Assembly: GCF_035594765.1 (NCBI RefSeq)
Contig: NC_085841.1
Location: 150,583,574 to 150,647,573, forward strand
Length of the DNA stretch: 64,000 nt
DNA from: Anolis carolinensis
Lineage: Eukaryota
Reading direction: 5' to 3'
This document shows positions 1 through 13,679 of this stretch, one piece after another (the stretch's first letter is position 1; every line of letters starts with the position of its first letter). Made by a program: the position numbers and the translations under genes. The notes under the pieces were generated by a model. That model saw only the letters and a program-made list of their open reading frames with translations, had not been told where the DNA came from and searched no databases.

Positions 1-1380
1 ATTGGTGGAAGTCTTAACCCTAGCAAAGGCTATCTCAAACTTTCATTTTACAGTACAATGAGCAACTCTTGTTAGTGTAACAAACTAATAATTTGGAATG
101 GGACTTGTATATGAGCTAACTGTATGGGTTGATCAAAATAACTGTAGATTCCTATATTTAGGCAACATTTCTGAAATTTTTCAGGAAGTTACCCCTGCAA
201 AGACATTTATTGATGCACACTCAAAATAATTCTTTTTTCAGATCTTCCAAGATGGTATGTTAGAGATATAATTGTTCTATCATAAATCAAACACTGGCTT
301 AATATTGCCAATTACCAAACAAGTTTTGAATAGTGATTTAGAACATGGGTGGGGGGAGTAATAGTCCAAAAAAGTTCTTAATGAACTGGGTTCTATTTAA
401 TCCATCATGGACTGGGTTCTTATTCCTAACTCTGTTTCTTTCATTTCTGCCACTCCAACTTTCGGAAGCCTTTCTGAACATAGTGGGAGCCAATGAAGGC
501 ATTGTTGAGAAGCATAGTTCTTCGGCTGAGTCTGCACTGCTCTGAAGAGCAACAGGGTTCCCATTAAATAATTAATACTGTTTCTGGACCTTGTTGACTT
601 GCCTTGTCCCCCACCATTCTTTTTCTTCCCTGCTGCCATTATCAATTCCAACCCTCACAATAGGTGACCATATACCCAGGTGAGCCTGTTTATACACCTG
701 CTTTACAAGCTTCTCTTTTATTTTTGGCTATTGTTTGTGCAGCTGTCTAAAGCTGTAGCATGGGGTTATTTCATCACTTCTGTTTCCAAGCAAATATTGC
801 AGTTCTGCTTTTTCTCCTGAAGATTTTAAAACAAATGCAAAAAAGGCAGCCTTTTGAGAGTGGCAAGCAAACATAGCCCTCCTCGGTAGGGAACACACAA
901 GAAATATTGTCCTTCAAATTTCTGGAGCATATTTTAAGCAGCACAGTCTTCTGTAAAGTTCACTAGGGGCGGGCAAATGCTATTTCAATAGCAGTTCTAT
1001 AGATCTAGAGAGAAAAGTAGGACAAGGCTTATGAGTCAATACATTATACTTTTCAGCTGTAGTAAAATGCAGAAGAAACAAAAACTGGTCTATTATTCCA
1101 ACTATGAAGAAAGAAATTGAGTTGTGATTGGTCATGCTGTCAGTGTCCTGTAGTAATGTGAAAAACATGATTTTGCACACTTTTCTCTAGTTCAGTTTAA
1201 TTATGAACTGAATCTGAACACTTCAATATTAAAAATGACTACATAGTGCACTGACAAAATGCCTGCATATAAACATCACTTTTTTAAAAACTATTATTCT
1301 TTCCCCAAACAGTATTTATCTAACACATTAAAAAGAAAGGACTACCTCTCACACAAATCTATAAAATCTAAAAAAAAAAA

Positions 1381-1602
1381 CTGGGTTGCTGTGAGTTTTC
1401 TAGGCTGTATGACCATGTTCCAGAAGCATTCCCTCCTGATGTTTCACTCACATCTATCGCAGGTATCCTCAGAGGTTGTGAGGATGCCTGCCATAGATGT
1501 GGGTAAAACGTCAGGAGGGAATACTTCTGGAACATGGCCATACAGCCTGGAAAACTCACAGCAACTCAATGATTCTGGCCATGAAAGCCTTCAACAACAC
1601 AT
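1381..1602. mobile_element. Penelope-like element terminus, inverted (hairpin) insertion
   Basis: ctgggttgctgtgagttttc...ggaaaactcacagcaactca fold-back followed by the gattctggccatgaaagccttcaacaacac end; decayed hammerheads. Confidence 0.8.
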
Positions 1603-2026
1603 AAAAATACACCTTACCCATCAAGCAAAACCAGCAAAGTACTTGTAATAAGTATTTACACTTCTTATTACCACTTAATTGCATTATTTATTTATTTTGC
1701 TAAAAATCCCATACTAGGAGATTAGCTTCACATATAATTAATTGCAGCTTTCAGTTAGTTCAACCAGCTACTACTTTCAGGCCTTCCTATTGCCCTCTTC
1801 CCTTTTCTGCTGAAACATATATGGTAGATGCAGTAATAAGAAAGTCTGCTGCAGTATTTGCTAGCTGAGAAATTATTTGTTTCACAAGCCCTAAAAAAAT
1901 GTTGTTTCTGGGAGACTTAGCACTGAGGGCAGCACATTTCCTATCTTATGAGGTTTGATAAAAGCTATCGAAGGCAGCAGATCCCATATAATCATAAAAG
2001 CTAAGCAGGATCAATAATGGTGGGTG

Positions 2027-2355
2027 CAGGGTGAGTTGCTTGGGACCATAAGTGTTTGGATTTGTTTTTCAAATTTTGGAATACCTGTATTTACATATAT
2101 ATACATAATGAGATATCTTGGAGATGGGACCCAAGTCTAAACGTAACATTCATCTATGTTTCATACAAATGTCATATACAAAGCCTGAAGATCATTTCAT
2201 ACAATACTTTGAATAATGTTGTGTATGAAACAAAGTGTGAGTATATGTATTCATTGAACTACCAGAAAGCAAAGTGTCACTGTTTCAGCTATCCATGTGG
2301 ATAATTTCAGATTTGGGGGTATTTTGGAATTGTAGATGATGGATGTTCAATCTGT
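2027..2355. mobile_element. Tigger4/MER46-like DNA transposon remnant
   Basis: gagatatcttggagatgggacccaagtctaaac...ggatgttcaatctgta recalled as MER46/Tigger4-like; related end at 15985-16116. Confidence 0.55.
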
Positions 2356-5096
2356 ACTTATAAGAGGGATCACCAAGAGATATGAGGGGCTGTATACTAC
2401 ATCTCAGAGAAAGGCAATGACAAAAGCACCTATTATGTGATTAAAACAACCCAATGAAATTCATGGTGTCACAGTATTCACATGCACATACTGTACATGC
2501 CAAACATGTCTGGGGAAAGAAAAATGGGGAAGCAGGGAGGCTTAAAATGAGACTCAGAATGGAGAGATACCCAGATCTCTTAGTGCAGGGGTGCCAAATA
2601 GGGGTGTGCATTTTGGGTAAATCCTGACACAGGGAAACCCCATGTGCATGCATGCAGCTGCTTCTTTGTGCTCCACGTGTAGCTGAAAAAACTGAAAGCA
2701 GCCCTTTTGAGCTGCTGCGTGTTTTGTTGCAGCCGAAAAAAACATGGGCACGCCATCTATGCTGTTACAGGGGAATCTGGCTCTCAAAAATGCCAAATCA
2801 TCCAGAGCCAGCTTTAAAAAACAGAGCTGTGCACAGCCCTAGTGTCAAACTCATTTTCACTGAGGGCCATGCCAGCTTTCATTGTTTGCATAGTGTTGCA
2901 ACAAGAAATTGTCAACATGGAATTAGAGTCTTACCCATATCCACTCCTCTCCATGTCTGAATATTCCACAAAGGGAGTGGGTGGGACAGGTCTAGCCCAT
3001 CTTCAGCCTGCAGATGTCTCTGAGAGGGGAAAGGGTTAACTATGGAAATTGTGGACATTTGTCCAGATACCTGATTCCCTTTCCAAATAGCCAGGTTCTG
3101 CTGGGAACATAGTCATTCAAGAAGCAAGTCCTTTTTCTTCTTCACTTGGTTTGGAGGCAGCATCAATAGCGTGGGAAGGTGGAAGGAAGGAGCAAGGAGA
3201 TGGAGAGTAAATGCATGGTCTGCTATATCACACAGGCTCATGGAATAGCCACTTCACTATTACTGTTATTTAGTTTTCCATCTTTCCCCCCCTTGCCCTT
3301 CTTTCCCCCCTTTTATCTCAATAAAGTACAGCCCCACATCCATGAAGGATATGTGCTTGCGCTTGATGTGGAAATACAGATGCACACTAATAGCAAATAT
3401 TATTGAAATGAAGGACTTCTGGCCAAGAATACCCTAGAATCATGCTGGAGAACTTAGAAAATCTAGTGAGGACACATTTTGTTGGATGTAGATAAATGAA
3501 ACCATGTGTATGGGATTGTACTATAATTGTACTATAATTCATGACTGATCGGCTGCTTGCACCTGCAGGAAAGGTGAACTTTCTGTGGGAAAAAGAGACT
3601 GAAGAATGAAATAGTGGTAGTTTTGGCCATGTATTTTAGAACTGCCTCTGCCATGTTCTTTGCCTTCCTTTCTTCTTTCCACTATTGGGATGGTGTGAAG
3701 GTAGAACTACCACCAAAATGGGGAGAGAAATTTAGTTTAAATCCTTAGTGGCAATATGCAGTGATTGCTGGCAAAAAATGAACTAATAATAGTTATTTAT
3801 ATTCCCACTGAGAAACCAGATACAGAGAAGACTAAGAGTGGCCCTCCATGTCAAATCTGGCATATATGGATTCTGCAGCTTCTGAACATTTCTGCTTTTG
3901 GGGGGCAGGGAGATTGAATTACCCATGTCCAGTGCTGAAATATCAAAAAACCTGGCAAAAAGAGATGGGTCTACAACACATTGTACAGAAGAAGCCAAAG
4001 GACCAGATTCTGGCAGGTTTTGGATCTTATCCAAGCCACATGCAACTGTCTAAAACAGTAATAAATCAGTACAAAAGAACTAACCTTTCCTTTGGGAACC
4101 CCACTGTATGCCACCACTGCTGTGATACACTTTCTGTAGGATTACTTCAAGCAGTATTTTTTTTAAAAAAAATGAATGAAAGAAAAATAGCTCCCCTGTT
4201 CCCTGGAAATGAAACAAATGGGTAAATTTGAAAAAAGGCAGGCCTAGCACTAAACATTTAACTCCCAGTCCCTTTCCCACTTCATTTTAAGTTTGTTCAT
4301 TTCTAATTTTTGAACAACCTCCAAAAGGGTGGGATGCAAAGATTCATCTGGAGAATGTCACAAAAATGAATCAAAATAGTGCTTGTTCTCTATCTGTGTA
4401 CATTTTAAATGTACCAGGGGCAAATTAGGTTGGTGTTACTTTCAAATCTCTAACAGCTTTTGTCAAGAGAATAAAATATCCATTAAAAAGATATCTTTAA
4501 TCCTTATCAGCAGGTCTAAGTGCCAAATGCACATTATTCTGAAAAATACAAAAATGTTCTAGTAGTCCTTTGATCTCTTCAGTCTTCTTCAGTTTGGTTG
4601 GTAGCCAGAGATCAATATATACTGTCTCTTTACAGATTACCAGGAACAGGAAGAAATAAATGAGTCTGAATTTTATTTTTTATTTCGTTTTTTTTAAAAA
4701 AAAAATCTTATTCACTTCTCACTTACACCTACTCTGCATGTTTGGCTCTAGATATTTCCATGATTTACAACTGATGTAACCGACATTCCAGCCTTTAGGC
4801 TGAAAACTAGAAGGGGTGGAATTAAACACTCATCTCCTTTTAAAAGCAGTTTGGAGGATCCCAACAGTTTACACAATGTTGAGGTTTCTTAGAATAAAAC
4901 ATTATTCAAGAGCTCAAACTCTTGATCACATCGTAAAACAAAAGTTAGTGTGACCTTATTAGAATTTTATGGTTTTGCTAGGTGTTGCCAGACACAAGAT
5001 CTGAACCTTATCTCTTGACCATAGTTACTTACTACGGAAAATAAACAAACAAACAAACAAACCTCTAATCTCCAAATCTCAAAATGTGGGAAGATT

Positions 5097-5762
5097 TTGT
5101 TTTATTTATTTGTTTAACTATTGTGTCAGAAGTGATTTGAGGATACAGTTATAATGTGTTTAAAAACACAAAGTTAAAAACTTGGCATTATACTAGATTT
5201 CCTTTGACCAGTAGCTGGTCACTTGGAGTGGCTCTGGTGTTGCTGTAAGGTCCTCCATTGTGCATGTGGCAGGACTCAGGTTGCATTGTAGGAAGTGGTC
5301 TGTGGTTTGCTCTCCTCCACACTTGCATGTTGTGGACTCCACTTTGTATCCATTTTTTTTTAGATTGGCTCTGCAACTTGTGGTGCCAGAGTGCAGTCTG
5401 TTTAGCACCTTCCAAGTCATTCCATCTTCTGTGTGCCTGGAGGGGGGGGGGGGGGGGTTCTCATCTGATATTAACCATGGATTGTGGTTCCAGGTTTTAG
5501 CCTGCCATTTTTGGACATTCACTTGCTGAGGTGTTCCTGCAAGTATCTCTGTGGATCTTAGGAAGCTGTTTCTTGGTTTAAGGTGTTGGCATGCTGGCTG
5601 GTATCTGAACAGAGGATAGGCCGGAGATGTTAATGCCTTGGTCCTTTCATTACAGGCTGCTACTTGCTGGCAGATGTCAGGTGGTGCAATACTGGCTATT
5701 AGCTAAACAGTATAATTTCTCCAGCGGTGTAGGGCGTAGACATCCTGTGATAATGCGGCATG
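5097..5762 (-). mobile_element. Vingi/Ingi-group LINE 3' fragment
   Basis: WKVLNRLHSG...CKCGGEQTTDHFLQC CCHC-type C-terminus; (TAAA)n tail. Confidence 0.72.
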
Positions 5763-6565
5763 CAGTTGTGGGAGGATAATTGCATGAATTATCCCAGGAC
5801 TAGGTATACCCTATCCAACCAATAAACAGAGAATAAAAGAATAGTAATGCATTGCTTCATGTTTGATCAATCAATAAATAACAGATACTTAAGTTTTTTA
5901 AATAAGAACACAAGAAACCTGGTGAAACAGACCATAGTCTATCTATTGTGACACTTTGGTAACACAATGGCCAACTGTATGTCTCCAAGAAGCCAGCAAG
6001 AAGGATGTGACTACAATGGCAAACCTCCTCCTTGTTTTCACTCCTTTCACTCCTGAAAGTGTTATCATGGGGGATAGCTTTATGTCCAATCCTTGTTTCC
6101 ACAGCAAGTCAAATTTTTCAAAATCCAAGTCTCACAGGGACAAAAAATGAGGTGAAATGTTCTGAACAGGAGCACAGAACAGGGGCATCATGATCAATAG
6201 CCATTGGCCGCATTTATTGTTGTGTGCCTTTAAGTCATTTCTGACTTATGGTGACCCAAAGGCCACTTTATGGCAAGGGTTGTGGAGACCACGGTTTGAA
6301 TCTCCATTTGGCCATGACAGATAGTTGCTCAGGGTTATCCAATGGAATTTCATGACCAAGTGGAGATTCCAACCATAATCTCCAGACTTGTAGTCAAACA
6401 TTCAAAACTCTATGCCACCACATATGAATTTGCCTCATCTCCTTTGCAAGCAACCTCAGCTAGTGTTCATCAACTATTGCTCAAGTTCCAATAGTGTGTC
6501 AAGATGTCCTTCCTTGGAGCATTGTGTTGAGAAGTACTTCCCTGTGTCTTTCAATGAATATTCTT

Positions 6566-7590
6566 GGTGTTGTTTATTTGTTCAGTCGCTTCTGACTCTT
6601 CATGACCTCATGGACCAGCCCACGCCCAAGCTCCCTGTAGGCTGTCGCCACCTCCAGCTCCTTCAACGTTCAAGGATACCATCCATCCATCTTGCCCTTG
6701 GCCGGCCCCTCTTCCTTTTTCCTTCCATTTTCCCCAGCATCTTTCTCTTCTCCAAGCTTTCCTATCTTCTCATGATGTGGCCAAAGTACTTCATCTTTGC
6801 CTCTAATATCCTTCCCTCCAGTGAGCAGCCGGGCATTATTTCCTGGAGTATGGACTGGTTGGATCTTCTTGCGGTCCAAGGCACTCTCAGAATGTTCCTC
6901 CAGCACCAAAGTTCAAAAGCGTCCTATCTTCCTTCGCTCAGCCTTCCTTATGGTCCAGCTCTCACATCCACAGGTTACTACGGAGAATACGGGGATTACT
7001 ACGGGGAATACAATTGCTTTAACTGACCTTCGTTGCCAGTGTGATGTCTCTGCTGCTGCTACTCAATCGCATAGTCATTTCCAACTCTTCGTGACTTCAT
7101 GGACCAGTCCACTCCAGAGCTCCCTGTCGGCCGTCGCCGCCCCCAGTTCCTTCAAGGTCAAGCCAGTCACTTCAAGGATACCGTCCATCCATCTCGCCCT
7201 TGGTCGGCCTCTCTTTCTTTTTCCTTCCATTTTCCCCAGCATCATGATCTTTTCCAAGCTTTCCTGTCTCCTCATGATGTGGCCAAAATACTTCAGCTTT
7301 GCCTCTAATATCCTTCCCTCCAGTGAGCAGTCGGGCATTATTTCCTGGATGATGGACTGGTTGGATCTTCTTGCGGTCCAAGGCACTCTCAGGATTTTCC
7401 CCCGGCACCAAAGTTCAAAATTGTCTATCTTCCTTCGTTCAGTCTTTCTTATGGTCCAGCTCTCGCAACCATAAGTTACTATTGCTTTGACTATGCGGAC
7501 CTTCATTGCCAGTGTGATGTCTCTGCTCTTCACTATACTCTTCACTATTTTATCGAGATTGGTCATTGCTCTCTTCCCAAGAAGTAAACA
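6566..7590 (-). mobile_element. RTE-BovB LINE, two tandem 5'-truncated copies
   Basis: ORF 7075-7566 (...YGCESWTIRK...FELWC...LKYFGHIMRR...GRPRARWMDGI) is the BovB/RTE C-terminus; 16-bp TSD ttcaatgaatattctt at 6550-6565 and 7591-7606. Confidence 0.9.
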
Positions 7591-7640
7591 TTCAATGAAT
7601 ATTCTTATTCATATTAATTAGAGGATGCCAGATTCTAGTA

Positions 7641-8066
7641 AAGGCAGTCCCCGAGTTACAAGCATCCAAATTACAAATGACTAATAGTCAAGAACAAGGG
7701 GGAGACAACAGGAAGTGAGATAAATCTGCCCTTAGAAAAGGAAATTCACTTATGAAAGTGTTATCATGGGGGAAAGCATCTCAACTGCAGCATTATCACC
7801 AATCCTTGTTTCCACAACAAGCCAAATTTTTCAAAATCCAATTCTCACAGGGACAAAAAGTGAGGTGAAATATTCTGAACAGGGGCACAGACAGCAAAAC
7901 AAACACTGCAGGGGTGTTAACCCTTCTTTGTGCTATCCAAAGCTAAAAAATACATGTTTTTGGCTGGAGTTACACTTTAAAAATGTATTTGTTCTGACTT
8001 ACATACAAATTCAACTTAAGAACAAATCTACAAAACCTATCTTGTTGGTAACTTGGAGACTGCCTG
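7641..8066. mobile_element. Tc1/mariner-pogo (Tigger-like) non-autonomous element
   Basis: TIRs aaggcagtccccgagttac / gtaacttggagactgcctg; TA flanks. Confidence 0.8.
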
Positions 8067-8070
8067 TATC

Positions 8071-8331
8071 ATTTTTTTTGTATCAGGAGTGACTTGAGAA
8101 ACTGCAAGTTGCTTCTGGTGTGAGATAATTGGCCATCTGCAAGGACATTGCCCAGGGGATGCCTGGATACTTGATGTTTTACCATCCTGTGGGAGGCCTC
8201 TCTCATGTCCCCATATGGGAAGCTAGAGCTGACAGATGGGAACTCACCCCACTCCCCAGATTCGAACAGCGACCTTTCAGTCAGCAGTCCTGCTGGCACA
8301 AGGGTTTAACCCATTGTGCCACTGAGGCTCC
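8071..8331 (-). mobile_element. tRNA-derived SINE with Vingi-like tail (Anolis SINE2-like)
   Basis: A box GTGGCACAATGG, B box GTTCGAATC, tail ctcaagtcactcctgatac(A)n. Confidence 0.75.
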
Positions 8332-9031
8332 CAGCCTATATCATGAAACAGGGGGACCACAACCCTCCTATGAAGTTTTTCAACATCATACATAATTTTG
8401 TTCTAAAAGTTGTATGAGCATCCTGTGAGTCATCGTTTCATTTGAATCAGTGCTATTTCTTATGGAGCAAAAAGGAAAAAAAGATTCCTCAGTGTTGTGT
8501 TTAAATAACCACTCGTCAGTTTCCATTCCTTTTCATTTCTGTAGGGATACCATTCCTCCTTTTGATTCTTATGCAGCCATTAAATTACGAGCCACCTGAA
8601 GCTCTTTTGGCTTTTGTGGTTTAGGTCAGATTTACTGGATAGGCAGTTTGAGGTCATAAACACTTTCCATGAATCTGTTGTAAAACAATGAGGGCTATGA
8701 GCATTTGTTTCTTTTTCCTATTTTCTTCTTCCAACAGCAGAATTTCTTTCTGTTTACCTAACTCTGCTTCTAATGAAAGTTCTTGTAGTCATTTTTATTT
8801 CTAGAAACTGCTCTGCTCAGGATTGAGATGTTTTCCTTTACTTTGTTTGTATTACATTGCATTTTATACAAGGCTGACTCGAGATGTAAACTTCCTTTGA
8901 CACCTGAGGATCATACTCCTACGGGGTGTCCCCTGCCATTGCTGCTTGTTCATCTCCCCTCTATAAGTATGGGAAGACTGGCCAGAATGACCAGGCAGAA
9001 TATCACTTTCCATTTGCTTTGGGATCACCTA

Positions 9032-9477
9032 GGCTGCTCCTACACAGCTGTATAAAATCCATATTATCTGCTTTGAATTGGATTATATGGCAGTGTAGAC
9101 TCAGAGCCCTTCCACACAGCCATATAACCCGTGACTTTTCCACACAGCCATATAACCCAGAATATCTGCTTTGAACTGGGTTATCTGAGTCCACGCTGCC
9201 ATATATCACACTTCAAAGCAGATAATATGGGATTTTATTCAGCTGTCTGGAAGGGGCCTCAGGGTCCTTCCAGTCATTTCTTATATCCCAGGATCTGATC
9301 CCAGGTTTTGTGCTTTAAACTGGATTATATGAGTCCACACTGCCAGATAATCTGGGATAAACAGAAAACCTGGGATAGAGGCCTGTCTGGAAGGGCCCTA
9401 AAATCATCCAGTTCAAATCAGATAGTGGATGTTCTGCTTTGATAACCTGGTTTAATTGGCAGTGTAGAAGGGGCCCT
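9032..9477. mobile_element. Cluster of palindromic Harbinger-type MITEs (ctacactgccatata family)
   Basis: Repeated ggattatatggcagtgtaga / tctgctttgaactgg units with gggccc termini. Confidence 0.65.
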
Positions 9478-9699
9478 AGTTGTACAAATTGGATCCAGAG
9501 GAAGAGAGCAAGTGAATAGGTAATGAAAACAGAAGAAAGGCAATGGATCCTCCCAGACCAAGAATCCATGAGAAACGTCTTGCCCCAAATCCTTCCAAAA
9601 CACAACCAGGGCCAGAGGGTTATCCTCACTCTTTTAGAATTCAATATTTAATTAACATTTTTTCCAAGTCACCAAAACTGTCTCATTGAAATCAGTAGG

Positions 9700-10565
9700 A
9701 CATATTTCAAGCTAGTCATGTATAGGACTATAGTATTTGATACATAGGAGTCATGTATTCACATCAAATCTAATCACTGATGCTAGATTATATGGTATTT
9801 ACTTATTTAAAATAGAGATGGCTAGATAAATGGCTATTCTCCTTTGTAGAGATCAATATCTTCTCAAGCCAGTTTGGAGAAATAAGAAAACATATGGAAG
9901 TAAAGAATAAATATGTTAAGAGAATTAACATATTTAGCATTTCAAATCAATGTTGAGGAAGTCAATATAAGGAGGGCTATTTTTTCCACATGTGGTGGGT
10001 CTGTAAGTTGGAAAAAAGTTATTGATCTAAAATCTACATGTTAATAAAATGATTTTGCAGGGTATTGTGGATAAAGAAATTGATTAGGAATACAGATTAT
10101 TTCTTTGATTGATAATAACAGCAAGAGTATTGTTTGCTCAAACCTGGATGTGAACTGAAGCATCAATGACAGAAAAATGGCTTGTTAAATTTTCTGAGTT
10201 AGTCTGATTTCCCAAAATTTTAAAGATAAACCAAATGATTTTTTAATATTGGAAATTATTTGTGGATTTTCTGAGCAATAAGAAATCTAACAATGTGTTT
10301 ACGATTATAATTACTAGAAATTCTAGAAGGATTATTTAGTTGTGCCTGTAATAATATTTTCCTTTTTTTCCTTTTTTTCTGTATAGTTAGGATGGCAAAG
10401 TCCAAGCCCCGTTGTGTTTAAGCTATATGTCTTGTTTTCCTTTTCCCCTTCCTTTTCTTTTTCTCTTTTTTCTTTTCTCTATTTCTTTATTTTATGAATG
10501 GTTATTATTTTGATTCTGACTGTCAATTAGAGTGTCTCTGTTAAAAAGAAATCAGTTTTAAAAAG
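9700..10565 (+). mobile_element. Degenerate L1-like LINE 3' end
   Basis: ttccacatgtggtgggtctgt = HMWWxC cysteine motif of L1 ORF2; T-rich 3'UTR and A-rich tail. Confidence 0.55.
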
Positions 10566-11302
10566 AACTCCCAAAATACTGTGATTTTTTATTACAGGAA
10601 AGTAGAGCTGCCAATGAGCAAAGTCCAGCTTTTTTCTTCCATCTTAGCAACTTTCCTTCCATTGTACTATTTTACAAAAAATCAGAAATGATAATAAGAT
10701 AATAAATGTCATGCTTGTGCTTTTGGCCGGGGGTGGAGAAAGAAAAAGACATAATGTGGACACATCACAACCCTATGTCACAGCTAAAGTCCTGTACTCC
10801 TCCATGTTTTCACCTTTCAAATTCATTTCCAATGCTGTAAGAAAGGGATAGAGAGAAAGAAGACATCTAAAGGAACCAAAAAGTTTCCTCTCCAGACAGT
10901 GGAATTGCAACTCAACTCCAGCTTAGCCACAATTATTTTAATACCGTAAAACCACCAGACTTTGCTTGTCTTGAACATGTCTGCATTTTCCCATGTGCAA
11001 GAAGACTCTCACGGTGGATTGGAAAATAGTAATCATCCATCTCCAGAAGCAATATCTGCTTTGAACCAAAATAATAGTAAGACACCTAACAGTGTTCTTG
11101 AAGTAGAAACAGGAATGGAGCAGTTCTTCAGATGTTGATGGACTGCAAAACTTCTAATTCTACCCAGCATAGCCAATGGTGAGCAAAGCTGGGACCCAAC
11201 AACATCGGGAGGGGCACATGATTCCCATTCTTGCTTTAATAGGGAGGAACTCTGTGCATAGCATTCCATGCTAGTAACAAGAATGCAATGAATAAAGACA
11301 TA

Positions 11303-12961
11303 TAGGCAAGCCCCGAGGTCTGACTTACAAATGACCCATAGTTACGAATGGGGTGAGATAACACAAAGTGAGTGAAAACTACCCCTAGTAAGGGAAATTC
11401 ACTCCTTAAAGAGTTATTATCGTGGGGAAAAGGTGTCTCCACTGAAGCTTTACCGCCAGTCCTTGTTTCCACGACAAGCCACATTTTTCAAAATCCAATT
11501 ATCACGGGGACAAAAAGTGAGGTGAAATCTTCTGAACAGGGTCACACAGCAAAAATAAAAGCACCACAGAGGGCCCGTCCAGACAGTACCTTTATCCCAG
11601 GAGCTCCCACAGAAAACAGGAGGGTGGCCAGACGCCGTTCCCTGTAAACCCAGTTGCAATTAGTACAAAAGGCAAAAAATGCAAAATTTCCAGGTGCAGG
11701 AATATCGCAGTTTTCAGCCAAATATCCAGATCTTCATATGTCTGTATGTCCCTGCAATTGGAAATCACAGATTATTATTTTTTAGATCTGGGCTTGTTCT
11801 CAGGTTTTAGATGTTTGTTCCTGATTGGTCAGTTCCTAAAAAAGAAGGTGACACTTGAGTAGAAGGCAAAAACTTTGTCCTGGAAGAGGAACTTTTTCCT
11901 TCAGCTGTTTAATGAAGTTTGTGGCAGAAAAATGAAGTTCCTGGGGTGCAACAAGTACTTTCACATTAAGTAGTACACAATGAAACAAGAACAGACACTT
12001 TCAAATCAGGAACAGAATGATATTTTTGCTGTAATTAGTCAGACCTTGTTGAATGGCCATCTGTGCAGACAGGTTTTGTAGTGTACTTGTGGCAGGGAAC
12101 AACAGGATGATGTTGCCGGGTTATATATGTTGGTTCCTCATTAGGTGTATACTGACAACATGGGTACAGTTTAGTAAATGGCAAAAACTTTCTACTGGCT
12201 GTTGGGACATGAATGTGCTGTAGAGAAATGTAAATACTGAGAGCCAAGGTCATGCAGGTGGCTAATAGGAACAGCCATGTATAACCCAGGAACCCTATTG
12301 TTCCATGCCACAAGTACACAACCAAATCTGTCTGGACAGATGGCCAGGCAGCCAGGCTCTAAAAAGTGTTAATAATGACAAAGTTCTGTTCCTGGCCTGA
12401 AAGTGTGTGTTCCTGTTTCATTGTGCAGTGCTGACTTGGGGAATTTTGTTCCTACCCCATGAGATTTGTTTGTGTGGCAGATACTTCATGAAACATCTGG
12501 AGGGCACAGCTTTTCTGGTCAGGATAAAGAACAGAACCTTTGCAGATATCCACATATCTGTATATCCACATACTGTATCAATATATCTGCATCCCAGGCC
12601 TTTTTTAAAAAAAGCTGCTGAGGTTTCCAGTGAAAGTCTTGCGGTGGCCATCTTGGAAGCCTCTAAATCTCAGAACAAAGCAGCAAGTCTGGACAACAGA
12701 GGCAGAAATCCCAGGACTAAGAGGTCTGTATGTGGACATCTTCTGAAGTCCTGGGATGTTTTGCCCCTGTTTAAAACTCGTGATTTAGTACTGCCTGGAA
12801 GTGTCCAGAGGTGTTAACCCTTCCCTATGCTATCTAAAGTGAACAAATATATATGTTTGGCCAGAATTAGACTTAAAATATACTTGTTCCAACTTACATT
12901 CAAATTCAGCTTAAAAACAAATTTACTGAACCTATCTTGTTTGTAACTTGGGGACTGCCTG
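11303..12961. mobile_element. Same Tigger-like element, split by a 1.2-kb insertion
   Basis: Collinear with 7641-8066 on both sides of 11571-12806; TA flanks. Confidence 0.75.
11571..12806. mobile_element. PIF/Harbinger-like non-autonomous element
   Basis: TIRs gggcccgtccagacagtac / gtactgcctggaagtgtcc; 3-bp TSD AGA. Confidence 0.65.
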
Positions 12962-13647
12962 TATATAACTGCTTCTAAATCTTCCTGATAACATAAAAGC
13001 ACATCTTTAAAGGTGAATCTACTTCACGTTCAATTTTATTCAAATGGAATCAGCACAGATTTGACAACTGTGTCATCTTTCTCCAGAAAATTCCTAATTC
13101 TTACTGAAATCTAAATATTAAATTTGAGCAATTATAACTATCAGCTAATATTTTTTTAAAAATCAAATAGTTTCATATTGCAGAAGCTAGACAACCTCCC
13201 ACAAAAGTGTATGAAAGAAAGCCCTTGAAGTGTATCAGTTCTCTGCGGTTTGTATAGTCCTGGCCTCAAGCTGGTTCCAGGATTTTCCTTTGTCATATTT
13301 TGCACACATCAGCTAATATGCTACTGAATCTAAGGCAAATTGCAGCTGAAAACCAAAAACAGAATGATAAAGAAATACTTCTCAAGCTTTCAATGTAAGG
13401 AACCAGCACTGAAAGCTAACATTTGTGCCCGCTGAATCCAGGTGAGAAGGGAACAAGTTTTTCTGCTGCTTCAGAGACTAGGACACAGAGCAGTAGTCTC
13501 TATCTTCTGCAAAAAAAAAAAAGTCTCAGTAAATAACTTTGTTATTTATTGGAATGAATAATACATTACTGTATTCACTAAGTAGCTATTGTGAAGAATG
13601 CACCAGCAATTTCAGAGCTATAGAAAAGGGACCTTTTTTTTTCTTCC

Positions 13648-13679
<32 letters not shown>

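Noticed and set aside
8250-8331. tRNA genes
   Set aside because: A/B boxes belong to SINE heads; no cloverleaf.
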